DNA from: a virus
Lineage: Duplodnaviria > Heunggongvirae > Uroviricota > Caudoviricetes
Strand: one strand, 5' to 3'
DNA: 44,934 nt
IMG/VR virus record: IMGVR_UViG_3300045988_006673
Span: 1 to 44,934 of that record
A program made the position numbers and the translations under genes. Shown here piece after piece: positions 8,186-16,651 of this stretch (position 1 is its first letter; each line of letters begins with the position of its first letter). Under the pieces are notes generated by a model. It did no database searches. It was not told the origin of the DNA and saw nothing but the letters and a program-made list of their open reading frames with translations.

Positions 8186-9235
8186 TTAAGCACCGACACC
8201 AGTTACCAGGAAGGCAATAGGTACGTGCTTACGTTCAACCACACGGTTCCAGTTGGAGGCGTTAGCCAGGTCCTGCCAGGAAGCAGAGCGCGGGGTAGTC
8301 TCGGTGCCGTTGCCGGTGATTACTGCACTGGTGAAGCTGTAGCCCAGTGGGTGCAGCAACCAGGTCTTACGGGTCCACAGGGTTTCGACGCCGCCACCAT
8401 TGCCGCGGGACTCTTCGCGCTCATATGCCAGCGGATTTTTCGGGTTACCTTCGCCGTAACCGATAGCGCCGTTGCCGAAGATGATGGAGATGAACTTGCG
8501 GCTCGTGCCAGTACCTACTACGGTCATGCTGTCATCAACAATCACGCGGTAGCCCTGGTAGGTGGCGAACAGGGTGTCGTTGTCAGCGTCTTTGATGAAG
8601 TCGATAAGCTGCTGCTTACGGGCCTGCGCATAAACGAAGCTGTGCATCGCGATAGCACCCAGCACTTCACCGCCGTTACCCATCAGTGCATCACCCATAG
8701 TCTGGGTGGCGTCGATGAACGCGCCTGCGTCGAAGCCCAGAGTAGAGGACACGTCGATTACCATGTCGTTCTGCTCGTGGTAAGCATCGGTCGCGGCTAC
8801 GTTGTCGTTGTACAGGCCGAGCGCGGTAGCAATCAAACGGCGTTGCGCCTGACGCTGCCAGAAGTTATCCAGACGAGACGCTACAGATTGCAGCGGGTTC
8901 TGGCTGGTCAGTTCAACGGTCAAATCCGCCTGGCCGAAACCTTCGTTCAGGTACGCTACGCGCGCCATCATCTCACCGGTCTGCACATTACGAGGGGTCG
9001 CGATATCCTGGTATACGTCGTTCGAGTAGTTAGGCTCGATAGAGGTATCAATCGCTTTCCAGAACGGAATATTAGCGACGTTGGACGGGCCACGGGCAAT
9101 CTCGGCAGCGTACGGGGTCGGGGTCAGAATACCAGACTGGAAGAACGCGGTTTTTTCTACCGGATCCTCGGTCATATAAGACGCCAGGACCGGGATGTTG
9201 CCAGTTACGATATCGCCGATAGTGGTAATTGCCAT
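8186..9235 (-). CDS. Major capsid protein
   Basis: 349-aa ORF immediately after scaffold gene; GAGGAAATAAT RBS and ATG at 9235; size and position typical. Confidence 0.7.
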   Translation of the reverse strand: MAITTIGDIVTGNIPVLASYMTEDPVEKTAFFQSGILTPTPYAAEIARGPSNVANIPFWKAIDTSIEPNYSNDVYQDIATPRNVQTGEMMARVAYLNEGFGQADLTVELTSQNPLQSVASRLDNFWQRQAQRRLIATALGLYNDNVAATDAYHEQNDMVIDVSSTLGFDAGAFIDATQTMGDALMGNGGEVLGAIAMHSFVYAQARKQQLIDFIKDADNDTLFATYQGYRVIVDDSMTVVGTGTSRKFISIIFGNGAIGYGEGNPKNPLAYEREESRGNGGGVETLWTRKTWLLHPLGYSFTSAVITGNGTETTPRSASWQDLANASNWNRVVERKHVPIAFLVTGVGA

Positions 9236-9237
9236 TA

Positions 9238-9993
9238 TTATTTCCTCAGGGCTTTAAGTTGCCGTTCAAATTCGGCAGGGTTCGATTTGTACAGAGCTAA
9301 ACGCTCCGCTTCACTCATGTCTTTAAACGCTGGTGCGGCCCCGCCGCCTTTGCCACCGGAAGCCCCGCCGCCGGAAGCTGCATTTGCTTTAATCAAATGC
9401 GAAAACGCTTTGTGTTCGCGCAGATATTTGCGGAACTGTTCCGGGTCAGTCGTGATTACGTTACCGTCTGCGCCGACAAACTTAGTAACCACATCATCGC
9501 CTTCGAACTCAGTCTTAACGAACGGTGCAAGGATGTCCACTGCTTCCGGGGTGATGAAGTCACCCGCGAAAGAGCCTAACACCGCTTTACGTTCGCTGCC
9601 GAGGATGCGCTCTGCCATTCTGGAGATGCGACCGTCTTTCTCGGCTAACACCGGGTCATACTGGCTACGAATCGTCTTTTCGAACTCGTCCATCTTACCG
9701 GCGGCTTTTAACGCCTCCTGGTGTGCACGCTGCCGTTCTTCTTCGGCCTCTTTTGCTTTACGGGCTGCTTCTTTCTTCTCCGCCAGCAATGCTTCCTGAT
9801 TGGCCTTAAGCCCGGCAACTTCTTTCTCAATCAGCGCCTGAACTTCTTCAGCGGTGAACATTTTCGGCGCATCCCCGCCACCGGCTTTATCTTCTGCTCC
9901 AGCTTCTTCCTGGAACGGATAACGTAAAAAACGATTCATAGTCAGTATGTCCCCTGGACGTTGGAACCCGGGCCACCCGGATTTACATGTCAA
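9238..9993 (-). CDS. Scaffolding protein (true start possibly ATG at 9939)
   Basis: Coiled-coil, charged, Ala/Glu/Lys-rich sequence; located between morphogenesis genes and major capsid. Confidence 0.55.
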   Translation of the reverse strand: MTCKSGWPGFQRPGDILTMNRFLRYPFQEEAGAEDKAGGGDAPKMFTAEEVQALIEKEVAGLKANQEALLAEKKEAARKAKEAEEERQRAHQEALKAAGKMDEFEKTIRSQYDPVLAEKDGRISRMAERILGSERKAVLGSFAGDFITPEAVDILAPFVKTEFEGDDVVTKFVGADGNVITTDPEQFRKYLREHKAFSHLIKANAASGGGASGGKGGGAAPAFKDMSEAERLALYKSNPAEFERQLKALRK

Positions 9994-10021
9994 GAATAAA
10001 TTATTCCAACATGCAAGGCAA

Positions 10022-10285
10022 CTATTCCAGAATATTCCTCACGTAATCCTGCAACATGAATACTTTCAGCCTCAGTTGCCGTACACATTCGGCATTCTGA
10101 ACGTCGATAGCTAAATCCTCGTCGGCGTTGCTACTTGGCGGAGCCAGTTTGCACGGCGGCTGCATCATCGTCATATCCGGGGACGGAATTGGCGTTTGCG
10201 ACGGCGTGGGACTTGAGCTGCACGCGCTCAGGGTCAAAAGTGCACACGCTGCGACCAGGCGTTTTAATGTACTTAACGACTTCAC
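10022..10285 (-). CDS. o-spanin (Rz1-like outer-membrane lipoprotein), overlapping the i-spanin gene in another frame
   Basis: Lipoprotein signal with lipobox LSAC, proline-rich mature region; GTG start with AGAGGTGA RBS; overlaps 10131..10517. Confidence 0.6.
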   Translation of the reverse strand: MKSLSTLKRLVAACALLTLSACSSSPTPSQTPIPSPDMTMMQPPCKLAPPSSNADEDLAIDVQNAECVRQLRLKVFMLQDYVRNILE

Positions 10286-10517
10286 GGGTAATCACCTCTG
10301 ATTTCGTCTTGCCTTCGTTGTCAGCGGCTGCGGCCTTTGATTCGTCCTGCTGCTGCCGTTGTGTTTTCTTCGCTAACTCAGCCTGTGCTTTCTGCTGTTG
10401 CTGCGAAACGAGATTCGCCCGGCCTTCGTTCCAGCCGCTGCGATACTGGTAGATGCCGTGTGTGTAAGCCAGGATGATGAAACATGCTCCCGCTACGACA
10501 GTTGCTTTAAGATTCAT
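10131..10517 (-). CDS. i-spanin (Rz-like)
   Basis: N-terminal transmembrane segment followed by Gln/Lys-rich coiled-coil periplasmic domain; AAGGAGA RBS; contains overlapped lipoprotein gene. Confidence 0.6.
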   Translation of the reverse strand: MNLKATVVAGACFIILAYTHGIYQYRSGWNEGRANLVSQQQQKAQAELAKKTQRQQQDESKAAAADNEGKTKSEVITREVVKYIKTPGRSVCTFDPERVQLKSHAVANANSVPGYDDDAAAVQTGSAK

Positions 10518-10541
10518 GTTTCTCCTTTCTCGATAAGTAAA

Positions 10542-10561
10542 GCCCCGCCTTAAAGCGGGGC
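10542..10561 (-). terminator. Hairpin GCCCCGC-CTTAAA-GCGGGGC followed by T-rich tract on the minus strand
   Basis: 7-bp GC stem, TTTACTT downstream on the minus strand; lies 25 bp upstream of the i-spanin start. Confidence 0.4.
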
Positions 10562-10768
10562 GATAGTCCTTATCATTTAAACATAGAAACGGCGTAATCT
10601 CAGTAAACCAGTTACTTTTTACACAAGCAATAGAGTATGGCCCTTCCGAACGCGTCAGCGTAACTACACTCAGGACTTACGTCCCGCTCCGTTACCTGCC
10701 CGCGCCGCGGTCGCTTGTTCATACTTCACAAGCTCAGGTGGAGCTTATCATATTTTCAGTGAAAAGTC

Positions 10769-10784
10769 AACTATTCGAATAGTT
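10769..10784. repeat. Perfect 16-bp palindrome AACTATTCGAATAGTT
   Basis: Exact inverted repeat; half-site GAATAGT matches the core shared by the promoter elements. Confidence 0.6.
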
Positions 10785-10836
10785 TATTCCAACATTTACA
10801 ATTCAGTGGAATAACCGGAATAGCTAAACAAATAGT

Positions 10837-10865
10837 TTGCACACCCCAATATAATAGGGTACTAT
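10837..10865 (+). promoter_or_regulatory. Class I promoter-like element P2: TTGCAC-N17-TACTAT, spacer ACCCCAATATAATAGGG
   Basis: Identical spacer to P1; about 30 bp upstream of 10894 start with GAGGAG RBS. Confidence 0.5.
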
Positions 10866-10893
10866 TCATTACATCGAAACGAGGAGATGAAAA

Positions 10894-11415
10894 ATGGTTA
10901 CTACAGTAATTACTTTCCCTGCGTATGTAGGGGCAAAAATCTGCAGGGCTAAAAATGATGTGCGCTACTATTTGAACGCTTTTTACATAGACCCTGAAGG
11001 ATTGATAGTGTCTACGGACGGGCATAGATTGTTCTGCGACAATGTGAAAACAAACGTCGGAACGGGAGTTCTAATAGACATCAAAGGTAGGGAGCCTTCT
11101 AAATTTAACTACGCGGAGGTAGACCACGGCAACGGTAGTGTTTCTTTCTATGACGATAGTAGTGCGCTTATATGCACACTTCCGATCGGTATTGTAGACG
11201 GGAGATTTCCTTACTGGAGACGTGTGGCCAGCATTACGCCGGGTTCAGTTGATAGCATAGGGTTCTCTCTGCGCTATTTGGCGGACGCGTACAAGATTTC
11301 TAAGGCATACAAAAATGAAATTGCCCGTTTCGATTTCCAGGACCAAACAAACGGGTGCAAAATATCATTTTCGAACACTGCATTTATGGTGTTAATGCCG
11401 GCGCGATTTAAATAA
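10894..11415 (+). CDS. Truncated DnaN-like protein (homolog of bacterial beta sliding clamp domain II plus a C-terminal segment)
   Basis: NDVRYYLN...STDGHRL, VDGRFPYWRRV, IGFSLRYL and C-terminal VLMPARFK match remembered conserved blocks of E. coli DnaN (QDVRYYLNG...TDGHRLA, VDGRFPDYRRV, IGFNVSYVL, VVMPMRL); only 173 aa versus about 366. Confidence 0.6.
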   Translation: MVTTVITFPAYVGAKICRAKNDVRYYLNAFYIDPEGLIVSTDGHRLFCDNVKTNVGTGVLIDIKGREPSKFNYAEVDHGNGSVSFYDDSSALICTLPIGIVDGRFPYWRRVASITPGSVDSIGFSLRYLADAYKISKAYKNEIARFDFQDQTNGCKISFSNTAFMVLMPARFK

Positions 11416-11421
11416 AACTAA

Positions 11422-11441
11422 GGCCCCGAAAGGGGCCCTTT
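11422..11441. terminator. Bidirectional terminator GGCCCC-GAAA-GGGGCC with flanking A and T runs
   Basis: Same hairpin as at 3755..3780; between convergent genes ending 11415 (+) and 11443 (-). Confidence 0.65.
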
Positions 11442-11442
11442 A

Positions 11443-11904
11443 TCATTCTGGCTTAGTGACCTTCGCCGCTTTACTGACGGCCTCCACACCATCGGCATCA
11501 GTAACTTTAACGAAGTATTCACCGCCTGCGTTAACCGTCAGGGATAGAGCCTCTTCCGGGGCGTTTACTACTTCCTTACCGTCTTTGTACCATGTCAGTG
11601 TATATGGTGCTTTGCCCGCCTTAACTTCGACAGTGATAGTTGCGCTGCCGTCCGCCAGTTCAGTGTCTTTCGGTTGCACTGAGAAATACACATCGCCAGC
11701 GTCTGCCAGATACGGAATCTCGTAAAGCATACCAGCCGCTGGCAGCGCAATACCGGTTTTATCAGCAAACGGCATATCGTCCACTGGTGCACCAAGCACA
11801 CTTTCATCCTCAATAAATACCACGTTCTCACCGGAGCCAGACACGCGGGCGTACCGGACTACGCGACGCGCGGGTACATCAGTTACTTTGAAAAAGCCCA
11901 TCAT
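11443..11904 (-). CDS. Ig-like domain protein (virion-associated, putative)
   Basis: C-terminal YTLTWYKDGKEV...GEYFVKVTDADG resembles Ig I-set/Big domains. Confidence 0.45.
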   Translation of the reverse strand: MMGFFKVTDVPARRVVRYARVSGSGENVVFIEDESVLGAPVDDMPFADKTGIALPAAGMLYEIPYLADAGDVYFSVQPKDTELADGSATITVEVKAGKAPYTLTWYKDGKEVVNAPEEALSLTVNAGGEYFVKVTDADGVEAVSKAAKVTKPE

Positions 11905-12947
11905 TATTCCCCTTTCAGATAATCAGCAACACGTTTATCGAGTTCCGCCATCTGCTTAAGCGTGAGCGGATTCCCGAAACCATCTACAGATATTACGCGA
12001 AACTCTTCCGGCGATATACCGCTGTTGCGGAAAATCTTACCGCGAACAGGGCCGAGCGCCTGGTCCTGAAACCATGCCGGTTGTTGTTTAAGGAACTCGT
12101 AGTAAGTGGTGTCTGCGCTTACCTGAGTACCGCCGTCTGCGCCTTTAGCCGCGCGTTTAGCTCCTTTATCAAGGAAGTCGAACTCTGAACTGATTACCGG
12201 AGCCGTGCACGACCGGCAGTTCGGGTGGGCGGGGGGCATTGGCCCTTTACCGATTTCCCACGTCATCCCGTCTCTGGCCCTGCAAATCGTACTGGTACGG
12301 CTATCCAGCGTTGACACCCACTCGTACTTCTCGATGATGTCGTCGTTCTGGCGGTACGTCTCGTTACGGGCTTCGTTGGATACGTGGGAAAGCGCGGTGC
12401 GGATTACTGTAGCCGCGTTGCGTTCTGAGATATCCGCCAGCCCGCCTGCGCCTACAACATTCTTAACAATCTGCCGTGTTGTCTGGCCTTGTACGAAACC
12501 CATCTTAACGCCGGTTACAAGGCGCGCGACTTCGGTTTCACCCCAGCCATCCATCAGCTTGGTGAAATCAACAGGCTTGTCGCTTAGTGATAGCGGCTGA
12601 AACTCTGCTGCAGCCCACACTTGCTCGGCAGTAGGCGTAACAAATTCCGCGTCTACGTTGGCCGTCAGCGTTTTTACGTTCCACTCAGCCTCATACGCGG
12701 CCAGCTCCTTAAGGTCTTCTGCCAGCTTTGTTTGCCAGTCACCTGTAAGCCCCTCCAGTGCTTCTTCGAGGTCGCGTAACAGTTTATTCAGTCGCGCAGT
12801 GCTTCGCCCGTCGTCGCCGAATAACAGCACCCGCCGTTTGATTTCATCCCGCATCTCCTGAATAAACGGCGTGAGGTCTTTCACTTCGCCGGATGCGGTG
12901 CGTTGCAGCCATATCTGGTGGCTGATTAGAGATGTAAGTAAGCTCAT
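11904..12947 (-). CDS. Head morphogenesis protein (Mu gpF / SPP1 gp7 family)
   Basis: Conserved PAHPNCRSC motif; position after portal gene; start chosen at ATG 12947 with AGGAGGG RBS (track ORF extends to 13004). Confidence 0.7.
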   Translation of the reverse strand: MSLLTSLISHQIWLQRTASGEVKDLTPFIQEMRDEIKRRVLLFGDDGRSTARLNKLLRDLEEALEGLTGDWQTKLAEDLKELAAYEAEWNVKTLTANVDAEFVTPTAEQVWAAAEFQPLSLSDKPVDFTKLMDGWGETEVARLVTGVKMGFVQGQTTRQIVKNVVGAGGLADISERNAATVIRTALSHVSNEARNETYRQNDDIIEKYEWVSTLDSRTSTICRARDGMTWEIGKGPMPPAHPNCRSCTAPVISSEFDFLDKGAKRAAKGADGGTQVSADTTYYEFLKQQPAWFQDQALGPVRGKIFRNSGISPEEFRVISVDGFGNPLTLKQMAELDKRVADYLKGE

Positions 12948-12991
12948 ATGCCCTCCTGTAGTATCGACAGTGTAACGTATAAAAATAATAT

Positions 12992-13020
12992 TTGCAGACA
13001 CCAATATAATAGTGTACTAT
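12992..13020 (+). promoter_or_regulatory. Class I promoter-like element P3: TTGCAG-N17-TACTAT, spacer ACACCAATATAATAGTG
   Basis: Third plus-strand copy; 28 bp upstream of small ORF at 13048. Confidence 0.45.
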
Positions 13021-13047
13021 TCAGTTAACTTAAACAGGAGATGAAAA

Positions 13048-13227
13048 ATGAAAAATTACAAATTCTACGCGGTAGTAGACGATAAAGGGGTTGTTGGTAT
13101 TTCTAACGAAAAGTATAGAACTTTGAAAGCTATCTTCACAGATTTGTCTTGTGCTGAGCGAGTGCTGGAGAGGAACAAAAACATGCCGCTAAGAATAGAG
13201 GTTGTAGAGATAATTAAGCCCCTGTAA
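13048..13227 (+). CDS. Small hypothetical protein (59 aa), between head morphogenesis and portal genes
   Basis: ATG with AGGAG RBS, own promoter and terminator; not in ORF track (<60 aa). Confidence 0.4.
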   Translation: MKNYKFYAVVDDKGVVGISNEKYRTLKAIFTDLSCAERVLERNKNMPLRIEVVEIIKPL

Positions 13228-13237
13228 GGGGCCTTTC
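13217..13237. terminator. Hairpin GCCCC-TGTAA-GGGGC followed by CTTTCTC
   Basis: Stem-loop spanning the stop codon of 13048..13227; adjacent to portal gene end (13238). Confidence 0.45.
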
Positions 13238-14725
13238 TCATTGCTGGGGATTCTGTTGGTCTTGCGAGTTAGCCGACTGCGGAATCTCCCCCTCAACCTG
13301 AGTAACAGCACCTAACGGCAACGGTGCACCCTCAATAGCGTTCTGAATATCCTCGTCGGTCCAGTCGGTTACGCCGGCCTTGCGCAGCGCCGCATAGTAA
13401 GCGGTGGCCGGCAATAGGCCTGCGTTAATATCCGCCATCCACTGAGCGCGGTCCTGAGCTGTCATCGGTTGCAGGAAGAACTCCATATTCAGCTTGAACT
13501 CAATCTCTGTTCCCTCGCGCAATCCTAGCATCGCAGCTACCCAGCGCAACGCATCGGTGTACGCCATGCTTACGTTACGTGCGATTGTCGCCATAACAGA
13601 CGTATCAGCGCCGCGTTGCAGACGGGCCGATTCAGCGGTGATTTGCTGCGTTGGAGTAATAAGCTGCGCACCAATCTGGATCGCCTGATTCTCTTTATCC
13701 AGCATGTTCTGTTTGGCAAGGTTGTTCTCTCCTGCCTGAACCAGAAACGCATTGCCGCCGTAACCGATGTTATGACCTGAACGCGACCCCATGCGCACGC
13801 CGTGTGGGTTAGCTTCTTTCCACTGTTCCATGCTCATGTTTTCACCGGGGGCGATGAACAGAGTGGGTTGCCCGACCACGAAGCTGGACTCCTCATTGTC
13901 CGCGCTGTTGCGGAAATGCCCGATATTAAGCTCAGCTAACGGTAGCAAAGGTGCATCGTCGATAGTGGCGTCGTTGTTGCTTGCACCAATGAACGTGAAC
14001 GGGATTTCACCGCGTAGCTGTTCGCCAAGTTCCGGGAAGATTTCGATTACTTCACCCTGAGCACCACCTTCGGCATCGAAGCGGTAAATGCGCTGGCGGT
14101 AGCGCCCGTCAATCAAATCGAGAACGCGATACTGCTCACCGAACTTTGTTTCGAACTCTGCGCCCGGTTCCGAGTATTCCCACACCTCACGCAACACGAC
14201 CATAGTCACGCGGTTCACTGAACCGATGCGGGTCAGTCGCCAGTTGATGATGTTCTCTGCGGTATAGAATGCAATGACCGGGTTTAGTAGCCCCGCATTC
14301 TGTTCGGCTGCCGTTGCCGCGGCTGTCTCCGGGGCGTCCACCAGCAACCCACCACGACCTACCGAGTCAATCTCCATTAGAGTATCCTGCGCGTGTTGCC
14401 ACAGACCGACACCGGAACCGTCTGCATTACGTAACAGGTACTCCAGTTCCGGCGGGATAATCTGCTCGGGGTCTTTGCGCATCACCGACCCCACCATCCC
14501 CGCCAGGGTACGTTTAGTGAAGTTGTAGCAGATAGCGCCGTTCTCGTATTCTTCCTGGCGCTGTGCCGCGTAGGTCGGGTCAGGCTCGTTCTTCCCGACG
14601 TTGCGCAGATAGCGAATAAGGTCGCCTTCCAGCGCGTGCCGCACCTTCTGCCATTTATCGAAGTGATGCAGCCATTCCCGGTGTTTTGTCTTAACACCCT
14701 GATTCTGACCGTTCATAGTTAACAT
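13238..14725 (-). CDS. Portal protein
   Basis: 495 aa, directly downstream of terminase large subunit; AAGAGG RBS; acidic C-terminal region. Confidence 0.75.
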   Translation of the reverse strand: MLTMNGQNQGVKTKHREWLHHFDKWQKVRHALEGDLIRYLRNVGKNEPDPTYAAQRQEEYENGAICYNFTKRTLAGMVGSVMRKDPEQIIPPELEYLLRNADGSGVGLWQHAQDTLMEIDSVGRGGLLVDAPETAAATAAEQNAGLLNPVIAFYTAENIINWRLTRIGSVNRVTMVVLREVWEYSEPGAEFETKFGEQYRVLDLIDGRYRQRIYRFDAEGGAQGEVIEIFPELGEQLRGEIPFTFIGASNNDATIDDAPLLPLAELNIGHFRNSADNEESSFVVGQPTLFIAPGENMSMEQWKEANPHGVRMGSRSGHNIGYGGNAFLVQAGENNLAKQNMLDKENQAIQIGAQLITPTQQITAESARLQRGADTSVMATIARNVSMAYTDALRWVAAMLGLREGTEIEFKLNMEFFLQPMTAQDRAQWMADINAGLLPATAYYAALRKAGVTDWTDEDIQNAIEGAPLPLGAVTQVEGEIPQSANSQDQQNPQQ

Positions 14726-14737
14726 TGAATAATCCTC

Positions 14738-15988
14738 TTAAAGTGCGAAAGTCACCGGGATGTTGATTACTGGTTTAACCACCGGCATCTCGTAAACTAC
14801 AGGATAACCGAGAGCGTCCGCCATATGGTCAATGACGCCGTCCTTAGCTGGCTCTCCGTTATCATCATATGCCTGCTGCTCCAGCGTCTTCGCTATCTCA
14901 GGGCATAAGTGGTCATTAACCCACAGCTTACCTTTTTCCAGCGCGGTATTCACGGCTAAAACGCGGTCCTTAACCGGGGGGTTGGCAGATTTAGCGCGAA
15001 CATCGAACCCGGCCTGCTGGAGTAATGCAATATCAGAGATTGACGCTGAGTTCGTCTTGCGGTTCTTGCCGCTGGCGTCGGGGTAAACAACGATGCGGTG
15101 GCCTTGTGACTTCCACTTCTCTGTAATTACGCGCACGGTGTCCGGCGTATCGAACAAGCCTTTCAGTTCTGCCACCGCGTGCCAGCCGTCTTTACGCTGT
15201 ACATACACGGCACTTGCGTTCTTTGTAACGTTGAAGTCCTGCCCGATGTACAGAGTGTCGCCTGGTTGAATTGTCTCTTTGCTGCGGTGCTTGCGTCGGT
15301 CATATGCGTAATACACGCTGCCGGATGTCAGGTTAACAAACTCACCATTCAGATACGCGTTAATCAACTGCGCAGGGTAAGTCTCTGTCAGTGAGCTAAT
15401 GTAATCCGGCGGCAGGAATCGCGCATTCTCATGTGTGGAAGCCTGCACCATCGAGTAACTTGGCGTCGGGTTCTCTTTGAACTTGGCGTAGACGAACTTG
15501 AACCCTTCCGGCGTCGTGGTAACAGAGATGTGGTTAGTTACGCCCGGGATAACCAGACGCATACGGGCTACAATTTTGTTCCACGCCAGTTCAGCTTTTT
15601 CACGGCTCAATACGTCCAGCTCATCGACGACTGCAGCAGCGATTTTGAAACCAACGATAGAGCCAGGGTTGTCCATCGAGCGGCAGATAACAGTACCGAG
15701 AACAGTCTTACCACGAGTAACCACGACTTCTTTGTCGCCGGATTTAACCAGCACATCAAGGCCGAGCAGGTTAGCCGCCTCTTCGAATGTCGGGTAGAAG
15801 ATATCGCGGATAGCAGGGTATGTCGGGCCGAAATAGCCCAGGCGAGTACCTGGGTGCTTGAGCATAAACGTAAGCAGGTCCAGACAGCCCACAAACGTCT
15901 TGCCACTGCCGAAGCCTCCGACATAGGCTTTGTACTTGTTATCGCAATTCAGGAACAGCGCCTGCGGGGCCGATAGCTGAATACTCAT
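14738..15988 (-). CDS. Terminase large subunit
   Basis: Walker A GGFGSGKT near N-terminus, Walker B-like VVDELD, C-terminal nuclease-like region; 416 aa. Confidence 0.85.
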   Translation of the reverse strand: MSIQLSAPQALFLNCDNKYKAYVGGFGSGKTFVGCLDLLTFMLKHPGTRLGYFGPTYPAIRDIFYPTFEEAANLLGLDVLVKSGDKEVVVTRGKTVLGTVICRSMDNPGSIVGFKIAAAVVDELDVLSREKAELAWNKIVARMRLVIPGVTNHISVTTTPEGFKFVYAKFKENPTPSYSMVQASTHENARFLPPDYISSLTETYPAQLINAYLNGEFVNLTSGSVYYAYDRRKHRSKETIQPGDTLYIGQDFNVTKNASAVYVQRKDGWHAVAELKGLFDTPDTVRVITEKWKSQGHRIVVYPDASGKNRKTNSASISDIALLQQAGFDVRAKSANPPVKDRVLAVNTALEKGKLWVNDHLCPEIAKTLEQQAYDDNGEPAKDGVIDHMADALGYPVVYEMPVVKPVINIPVTFAL

Positions 15989-16533
15989 TCCTCTACCTCA
16001 CCCATGTTCGTTGTTACAATTTTACCTACAGGCTCTGCAACACTGAAAATAATCTCGGTTGGTGCTGTTTCTTCGGCGGATTCAACCGGTTTCTCTTTGC
16101 TAAGGCCCAGTTTCGCGGCAGCAAACGTAGCAGAGATACCTGCGGCCCCTGTCTCGGTGAAGTATGCCTCTTCCAGCGCCTGTGCTGTTTCATATGCTTC
16201 TGCAAATGCGGGAATCTCGCGCAGCCACAGCTTAATAATCGGGATAGTGACGCCGATGTGTAATGCGAAGCGAGCCAGAGACGGGGGTTTATCCGCAATG
16301 ACCGCTTTGTAGTCTCCGTGCGCACCGGTCGGCATAGACTCCCACGACGTGCGGTCGAAGAACTCGATTAATTCGTCGCAATAGTCCGGGTCCCACAACG
16401 CAGCGGAATTACGGGATGATTGATAAAGGCTCTGTTTACCGCGCGGTCGTCTACGGCGACGGTTTGCGCTAACAGCCTCTTCGTGTGCAGCTTGCACCAC
16501 CTCTGGTGATGGCTGCTTGAGTTTCAGCTTCAT
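15985..16533 (-). CDS. Terminase small subunit, putative
   Basis: Immediately upstream of and overlapping the large subunit gene; basic DNA-binding-like N-terminus; start chosen at ATG 16533 with AAGGGG RBS. Confidence 0.55.
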   Translation of the reverse strand: MKLKLKQPSPEVVQAAHEEAVSANRRRRRPRGKQSLYQSSRNSAALWDPDYCDELIEFFDRTSWESMPTGAHGDYKAVIADKPPSLARFALHIGVTIPIIKLWLREIPAFAEAYETAQALEEAYFTETGAAGISATFAAAKLGLSKEKPVESAEETAPTEIIFSVAEPVGKIVTTNMGEVEE

Positions 16534-16573
16534 AGAATCCCCTTGCATATGCGTCTGACCATCAGAGTGCACC

Positions 16574-16604
16574 AGACGCGCCCTACGCGTCTAAATGGAT
16601 TATA
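16574..16604 (-). promoter_or_regulatory. Late-operon leader: consensus TATAAT (16604..16599, minus strand) followed by 7-bp inverted repeat AGACGCG-N5-CGCGTCT (16574..16592)
   Basis: Perfect -10 hexamer with poor -35 upstream of the terminase genes; palindrome in the 5' leader. Confidence 0.35.
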
Positions 16605-16631
16605 TAAGGGGATTGGGCGGGATGTACAGAA

Positions 16632-16651
16632 AAGCCCTCCGTAGAGGGCTT
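16632..16651 (-). terminator. Rho-independent terminator AAGCCCTC-CGTA-GAGGGCTT followed by TTTTCTGT on the minus strand
   Basis: 8-bp stem and T-run after the last early gene (16666) and before the late operon. Confidence 0.6.

Noticed and set aside
8144-9799. 551-aa plus-strand ORF, the third longest in the window
   Set aside because: It runs antisense across the major capsid and scaffold genes, has no RBS, and its Arg/Val/Gly-rich low-complexity translation is typical of the antisense frame of GC-rich coding DNA; the sense-strand genes have RBSs and operon context
10769-10784. TTCGAAT within the 16-bp palindrome as a possible tRNA T-loop
   Set aside because: No flanking acceptor, D-arm or anticodon-arm complementarity could be built around it; no tRNA-like structure was found here or in the other non-coding regions
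10771-11025. 84-aa minus-strand ORF
   Set aside because: Overlaps promoter P2 and the 5' part of the well-supported plus-strand clamp-like gene; no RBS
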